From contig CAZLYK010000070.1 in NCBI GenBank assembly GCA_964563495.1, positions 1 through 27,775 on the forward strand: a stretch of DNA of 27,775 nucleotides, written 5' to 3'. Shown piece after piece: positions 23,010 through 27,775 of this stretch. Position numbers and translations under genes: made by a program. Below the pieces are notes generated by a model. It made no database searches, was not told where the DNA came from, and saw nothing but the letters and a program-made list of their open reading frames with translations. Positions within the stretch are counted from its first letter, which is position 1. The number at the start of each line of letters is the position of its first letter. Source of the stretch: an uncultured Heliobacteriaceae bacterium. GTDB lineage: Bacteria > Acidobacteriota > Blastocatellia > RBC074.

Positions 23010-26000
23010 ATGAAACGAGAAATAGTCAGGCTAGTCACCGGTCTAGTTTTTTTGATGGTGAGCGGTCTTGCTGTCTACGGGCAGGGGACGACGGCGCCCA
23101 TCTCCGGAGCGATCACCGACCCTAACGGGGCGGTTGTCGCTGGTGCGAAGGTAACGGTCAAGAGTTCGACGGGTGAGGAGTACCAGGTGACCACGGTCGG
23201 GAACGGGACCTACACCGTTCCGGCGCTGGGTTCCGGGATGTACACGGTGACGGTGGAGGCCCGGGGCTTCAAGAAGGCGATCATCCAGGATGTCAAGATG
23301 GACGCCGGTGCACCTGCAACCGTCAACGTGATATTGGAAGTTGGCGCACCGTCGGAAACGGTGATTGTCGAGGGTGGCGGCGAGGTGCTGCAGACGCAGT
23401 CGGCCAACGTCTCGACGACGATCACCGGCCGCCAGATTACCGAGTTGCCTTTCAGTTCGCGTGATGCACTCGACCTGGTCCTGCTCCTCCCGGGGACGAG
23501 CACCCCGGGCCGGCCCCGCACCTCTACGGTCAACGGGCTACCCAAGGGGGCGCTCAACCTGACCATGGACGGTATCAATATCCAGGACAACACGCTCAAG
23601 TCATCAGACGGTTTCTTCACCTACATCCGCCCGCGCATCGACGCGGTCGAAGAGGTCACGCTCTCGACCGCCACGCCGGGCGCGGAAAGTTCGAGCGAAG
23701 GCGCCGTCCAGATCAAGTTCGTGACCAAATCGGGCAACAATGACTATCACGGCAGCGTTTACGAATATCACCGCAACCCGGTGCTCAACTCCAACTACTG
23801 GTTCAGCAATCGCGCCGGGCAGCCCCGCGCCCGCGTCCTGCTCAATCAGTTTGGGGGGCGCGTCGGCGGCCCGATCTCGATCCCGAAGCTTTTCAATGGC
23901 CGCGACAAGGCCTTCTTCTTCGTCAATTATGAAGAGTACCGGCTGCCCGAACAGACCTTCCGCCAGCGGACGGTGCTCAATCCGCTGACGCAGACGGGCG
24001 TTTTCCAGTACAACTCATCGAGCGGCGTCCGGCAGGTCAACCTGCTCCAACTGGCCGCCAACCAGGCCGGCTGCACCGGTTGCACGACGACGGTCGATCC
24101 GACGGTCTCAAAGCTGCTGGCCGACATCACCAAGGCGACGACGACCACCGGCTCGATCCGTCAGTTGACCGATCCGAATCTGCAGGAATATAGCTTTACC
24201 AATACCGGCGGCCAGCGCCGGACGTTTACGACCGTCCGTTTCGATTTCAACCTGACGGACAAGCATCACCTGGAGAACATCTACAACTACGATTACTTCG
24301 GCTCCAAGGTAGATTTTCTCAACAGTGCGGATCCGATTTTCCCGGGCTTTCCCGGCCAGGCCAGCCAGATCTCGAACCGCTTCTCCGACGTGATTGCGTT
24401 GCGCTCGACCCTGACCTCGGCGCTGGTCAATGAAGCCCGGTTCGGGTTTACCGGCGGCACGGTAGTCTTCTTTCCGGAAAACAGCCCGGCGAACTTCAGC
24501 GGGACAGTGGCCAATCAGCAGGGCTTACTGCTCAACATCAGCGCGGCGGGCATCAACAATGCGCTGCCCGGGACTGCGAACGGCCCGCAACGACGCAATG
24601 CGCCGACCTGGCAATTCAGCGACACGCTCAACTGGACGCGCGGTTCGCATAGCATGAGCTACGGCTACAACTTCACCCAGATCAACTTCTGGGGAAGAAA
24701 CCAGACGCTGGTGCCGTCGATCACCTTCGGGATTGACACAAACGACCCGGCCAACGTCATGTTCACGGCGGCGAACTTTCCCGGCTCGGCAGCCGCCGAC
24801 ATCACCCGCGCGCGCGCGATCTACGCGGTGCTGACCGGCCACGTCACGGCCATCAATGGCAACGCCCGGCTGGATGATAACGGAAAGTATGTCTATCTGG
24901 GCGAACTGACGCAGAAGTACCGGCAACGCGAGATGGGTTTCTTCGCGCAGGATGCCTGGCGCGTCAAGCCCAACCTGACGCTGACCGCCGGGCTGCGCTA
25001 TGAAGTACAGTTCCCCTTCATCGCCTCGAACGGCGTCTTCGCGCAGGTCTCCTTTGACGATCTGTTTGGTGAATCCGGGCGGGGGAATCTCTTCAAGCCG
25101 GGGACGCTGACGGGGCGCCCGTCTCAATATACCGCTTTCAGTCCCGGCACTCGGACGAACAACACCGACAAAAACAACATCGCACCGAGCATCGGTATCA
25201 CCTGGAGTCCGAACTGGAAGAGCGGGATGCTCAAGCGCATGTTCGGCGAGGGTGGGCAGACCGTCTTTCGCGGTGGCTACTCGGTCGCCTTCAACCGGGA
25301 AGGGATGAACGTCTTCTCGAGCATCCTCGGAAGCAATCCGGGCGCGACGATCACGACCAACCGGAACCTGACGCTCGGCAACCTGGGCACGCTGCCCTTG
25401 CTGCTGCGCGAGACGAGCCGTCTTGGGGCGCCGACGTTCCCGAGCGCGCCAACTTACCCGAATACGGGGTTGATCACGGATGCAGTCAATGCCTTCAATC
25501 CGGACCTTGGCCTGGGTTACGTTCAATCCTGGACGATCGGGGTGCAGCGCGAGATCAATAAAGACACGGTTGTCGAGGTGCGCTACGTCGCTAACCGCGC
25601 CGTCAAGCAATGGCAACAGTACAATCTCAATGAAATCAACATCATTGAGAATGGCTTCCTCAATGAGTTCAAGCTGGCGCAGGCCAACCTGCGCGCCAAT
25701 ATTACTGCCGGCCGGGGGGCGCAATTCCGCTACGCCGGGACTGGCACGGGAACTTCACCGCTCCCGATTATTCTCAAGCATTTCAACCCGACCGGAGACC
25801 CGAACAGCTCGGCAGCCTACAGCTCCGCCAACTTCGCCAGCACCACTTTCGTCAACCCGCTGGCGATCAATGGCCCCGCGCCGTTTAGCTTTGCCAGCTC
25901 GTTGTACAGCAATGCGACGTTCAGGGGTAACGCGCTGACCGCGGGGCTTCCGGCCAATTTCTTCCTGGTCAACCCCGGCAAGCAGGGTGGCGCTTTCACG

Positions 26001-26876
26001 GTCGAAAACAATGGCCGCAGCTACTATGATGCCGCGGTTGTCGAATTGCGGCGCCGGCTCTCGCACGGTCTGCTGGTCCAGGGCAGCTACAGCTTTGCCA
26101 GAAACCTGACCAATATGCCCGTGAGCAGTTCGGTCGTCTTCTATCAACCGCCGAGTTTGCGTGAAGTGGCGGGCGACAAGACACTCTCGCCCTTCGGCAT
26201 CACGCACGCCCTCAAGTTCAACTGGATTTACGACCTGCCGTTCGGCAGAGGGCAGGCTTTCGGCAGCGGAATCAGCCGCCTCGCCGACCTGGCCATCGGC
26301 GGCTGGGAGTTTCACGGCACGGCTCGCATCCAGTCGGGCAGCCCGAACAACTTCGGCAACGTCCAGTTGGTCGGGATGACGCGCAATGACCTGCAGAAGG
26401 CGCTCAAGATTCGCAAGGAGGCGAGCGTCGTCTACTACCTGTCGCAGGACATCATCGACAACACGATCAAGGCCTTCAGTGTGAGCGCAACTTCCGCCGA
26501 CGGCTACAGCGCACTCGGTGCGCCGACCGGCCGCTACATCGCGCCTGCCAGCAATGCGAGTTGTATCGAGAGCTTCGGCGGTCAATGCGGCACGACCAAC
26601 CTGGTCCTCTATGGGCCGAACTTCACTCGCTTCGATCTGAGCGTGGTCAAGAAGTTCAAGTTCACGGAGCGGTTCAACTTCGAGTTCCGCGCCGAGTTCC
26701 TCAACGCGTTTAACAACATCAACTTCCTGGTCGGCAGCGCGGCGAACGACGTGACGACGGTCGGCGGTTTTGGCACCGCGACCTTCGGTCAGACAACCAA
26801 TGCCTATCAGGATACCTCGACGACCAACGATCCGGGCGGACGGTTGATTCAATTCGTCGCTCGCATCAATTTCTAA
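23010..26876 (+). CDS. TonB-dependent outer-membrane receptor, Oar-like, with an N-terminal carboxypeptidase-regulatory-like domain (~1288 aa).
   Basis: GGAGGA lies 8 nt upstream of the ATG at 23010. The six-frame ORF begins at the TTG at 22995. There is a signal peptide (LVFLMVSGLAVYGQG). The block ITDPNGAVVAGAKVTVKSSTGEEYQVTTVGNGTYTVPALGSGMYTVTVEARGF and a plug motif (TVNGLPKGALNLTMDGINIQDN) are present. The C-terminus is ...FVARINF. Confidence 0.9.
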   Translation: MKREIVRLVTGLVFLMVSGLAVYGQGTTAPISGAITDPNGAVVAGAKVTVKSSTGEEYQVTTVGNGTYTVPALGSGMYTVTVEARGFKKAIIQDVKMDAGAPATVNVILEVGAPSETVIVEGGGEVLQTQSANVSTTITGRQITELPFSSRDALDLVLLLPGTSTPGRPRTSTVNGLPKGALNLTMDGINIQDNTLKSSDGFFTYIRPRIDAVEEVTLSTATPGAESSSEGAVQIKFVTKSGNNDYHGSVYEYHRNPVLNSNYWFSNRAGQPRARVLLNQFGGRVGGPISIPKLFNGRDKAFFFVNYEEYRLPEQTFRQRTVLNPLTQTGVFQYNSSSGVRQVNLLQLAANQAGCTGCTTTVDPTVSKLLADITKATTTTGSIRQLTDPNLQEYSFTNTGGQRRTFTTVRFDFNLTDKHHLENIYNYDYFGSKVDFLNSADPIFPGFPGQASQISNRFSDVIALRSTLTSALVNEARFGFTGGTVVFFPENSPANFSGTVANQQGLLLNISAAGINNALPGTANGPQRRNAPTWQFSDTLNWTRGSHSMSYGYNFTQINFWGRNQTLVPSITFGIDTNDPANVMFTAANFPGSAAADITRARAIYAVLTGHVTAINGNARLDDNGKYVYLGELTQKYRQREMGFFAQDAWRVKPNLTLTAGLRYEVQFPFIASNGVFAQVSFDDLFGESGRGNLFKPGTLTGRPSQYTAFSPGTRTNNTDKNNIAPSIGITWSPNWKSGMLKRMFGEGGQTVFRGGYSVAFNREGMNVFSSILGSNPGATITTNRNLTLGNLGTLPLLLRETSRLGAPTFPSAPTYPNTGLITDAVNAFNPDLGLGYVQSWTIGVQREINKDTVVEVRYVANRAVKQWQQYNLNEINIIENGFLNEFKLAQANLRANITAGRGAQFRYAGTGTGTSPLPIILKHFNPTGDPNSSAAYSSANFASTTFVNPLAINGPAPFSFASSLYSNATFRGNALTAGLPANFFLVNPGKQGGAFTVENNGRSYYDAAVVELRRRLSHGLLVQGSYSFARNLTNMPVSSSVVFYQPPSLREVAGDKTLSPFGITHALKFNWIYDLPFGRGQAFGSGISRLADLAIGGWEFHGTARIQSGSPNNFGNVQLVGMTRNDLQKALKIRKEASVVYYLSQDIIDNTIKAFSVSATSADGYSALGAPTGRYIAPASNASCIESFGGQCGTTNLVLYGPNFTRFDLSVVKKFKFTERFNFEFRAEFLNAFNNINFLVGSAANDVTTVGGFGTATFGQTTNAYQDTSTTNDPGGRLIQFVARINF

Positions 26877-26895
26877 ACCCGACCGGGTAAACGAC

Positions 26896-26936
26896 GGGAG
26901 GAGTGCGGCGCGGGCTGTGCTCCTCCTTTCTTTTTT
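26896..26936 (+). terminator. Rho-independent terminator (GGGAGGAG...CTCCTCC stem followed by TTTCTTTTTT) after the second TonB receptor gene.
   Basis: A GC-rich stem-loop lies 20 nt after the stop and is immediately followed by a 10-nt T-rich tract. Confidence 0.7.
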
Positions 26937-26994
26937 ATGGATCGCAATATTGGCGGCAATGCCGCCGGCGGGAAAATCGATTCTGGAGGCCGAG

Positions 26995-27714
26995 ATGAAG
27001 AAAACCGCAGTATTTTTTCTCTTAATAGTCGTCTTCGTCTATTCTGCGTTCGCTCAGAAGAGTGCAAAACCCTGGACGGAGTGGAGTGAGAAGGAATTAA
27101 ACAAGATGCTCAATGACTCCCCCTGGGGGCAGACTCAAACCGAGACGGATACGTCACAAATGACCTATTCGCCGACCCCGAGGAGTCTGCCGAACCGCCC
27201 GCTCGACTCTCCTGATGCGACCGGATCACAGGGGGCATTGAACCAGGCAACGGACGTCAACTACCGTATTCGACTCCTGACCGCCAAGCCGATCCGCCAG
27301 GCCATGGCGCGCCGGGCGCAATTGAACAATCCTAAAATGGCCGAACAACTCGCGGCGTTCGCCAACCAGAAGACGGATCAGTATATCGTGGTGGCGGTCG
27401 ATTACGATTCGAAGGATCGGAGGTTCTCAGGGCCGGCACTGCAGATCTTCAACAGCGCCAATACCGGCGGGCTCAAAAATGTCACCTACCTTGAGATCAA
27501 GGACGGCAAGCGCGTCTTCCTTCAGGAATATATCCCACCGACAAACGACGGGATGGGGGCGAAGTTCGTCTTCCCCCGCAACGTCGACGGCAAACCCTTT
27601 GTCACTGACGATGCCGGTTATCTCCGTTTTTACAGCGAAATGGCCAAAAGGATCAAACTCAATATGCGGTTCAGAGTTAAGGATATGACCTACGACGGGG
27701 TCCTCGAATACTGA
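26995..27714 (+). CDS. Secreted hypothetical protein (~239 aa), with a signal peptide and a Trp-containing N-terminal region (KPWTEWSEKELNKMLNDSPWGQ).
   Basis: GGAGG lies 6 nt upstream of the ATG at 26995. The signal peptide MKKTAVFFLLIVVFVYSAFAQ is clear. GC is lower (~52%) than in its neighbours. I recognise no family. The upstream extension of the six-frame ORF to 26917 overlaps the terminator. Confidence 0.65.
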   Translation: MKKTAVFFLLIVVFVYSAFAQKSAKPWTEWSEKELNKMLNDSPWGQTQTETDTSQMTYSPTPRSLPNRPLDSPDATGSQGALNQATDVNYRIRLLTAKPIRQAMARRAQLNNPKMAEQLAAFANQKTDQYIVVAVDYDSKDRRFSGPALQIFNSANTGGLKNVTYLEIKDGKRVFLQEYIPPTNDGMGAKFVFPRNVDGKPFVTDDAGYLRFYSEMAKRIKLNMRFRVKDMTYDGVLEY

Positions 27715-27723
27715 TGAATTACA

Positions 27724-27773
27724 GCGGTTTTCAGTTTCGTGCGTCCTGTCAGACGCACGAAACTGAAAACCGC
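27724..27773 (+). terminator. Perfect 22-bp-stem hairpin (GCGGTTTTCAGTTTCGTGCGTC-CTGTCA-GACGCACGAAACTGAAAACCGC) 10 nt after the last gene. It is a candidate terminator or 3' stabiliser. The flanking sequence is cut off by the window end.
   Basis: The arms are an exact reverse complement. No U-tract is visible because the window ends at 27775. Confidence 0.4.
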
Positions 27774-27775
27774 AC

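Overview
This is a high-GC (roughly 60%) bacterial chromosomal segment. Gene content points to an Acidobacteria-like organism: two very large (1118 and ~1290 aa) Oar-like TonB-dependent outer-membrane receptors with N-terminal carboxypeptidase-regulatory-like domains, plus many secreted peptidases. I can support about 19 protein-coding genes and see no rRNA, tRNA or CRISPR array.

In window order the genes are:
- a hypothetical membrane-anchored protein followed by an SPFH/flotillin-like protein with internal triple repeats;
- the msrPQ periplasmic methionine-sulfoxide reductase pair;
- rnhB overlapping a ThrE-family exporter;
- an MDR NADP-oxidoreductase and an SCP2 protein;
- a bacterial M2 (ACE-like) peptidase lipoprotein;
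- an SDR reductase;
- a tightly coupled cluster of tandem-RidA, Na+/solute symporter, a small membrane protein and NagA-like deacetylase;
- an S15 CocE/NonD hydrolase;
- an ACS-type MFS transporter;
- two TonB-dependent receptors and a low-GC secreted protein.

The most unusual feature is not a gene. It is a family of nested palindromic repeat elements with consensus termini AATAGACAGGATTGAC...GTCAATCCTGTCTATT and an inner GCAGGATTTGACAAG palindrome. Seven copies plus one relic occur in 27.8 kb, all at gene boundaries. Three copies supply the stop codon of the upstream gene, and two of those supply an identical C-terminal -NRQD*.

Next to one copy lies a 205-bp MITE-like element with 15-bp terminal inverted repeats and AATCGT flanking repeats. 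The many long antisense ORFs in the six-frame track are GC-driven shadows.
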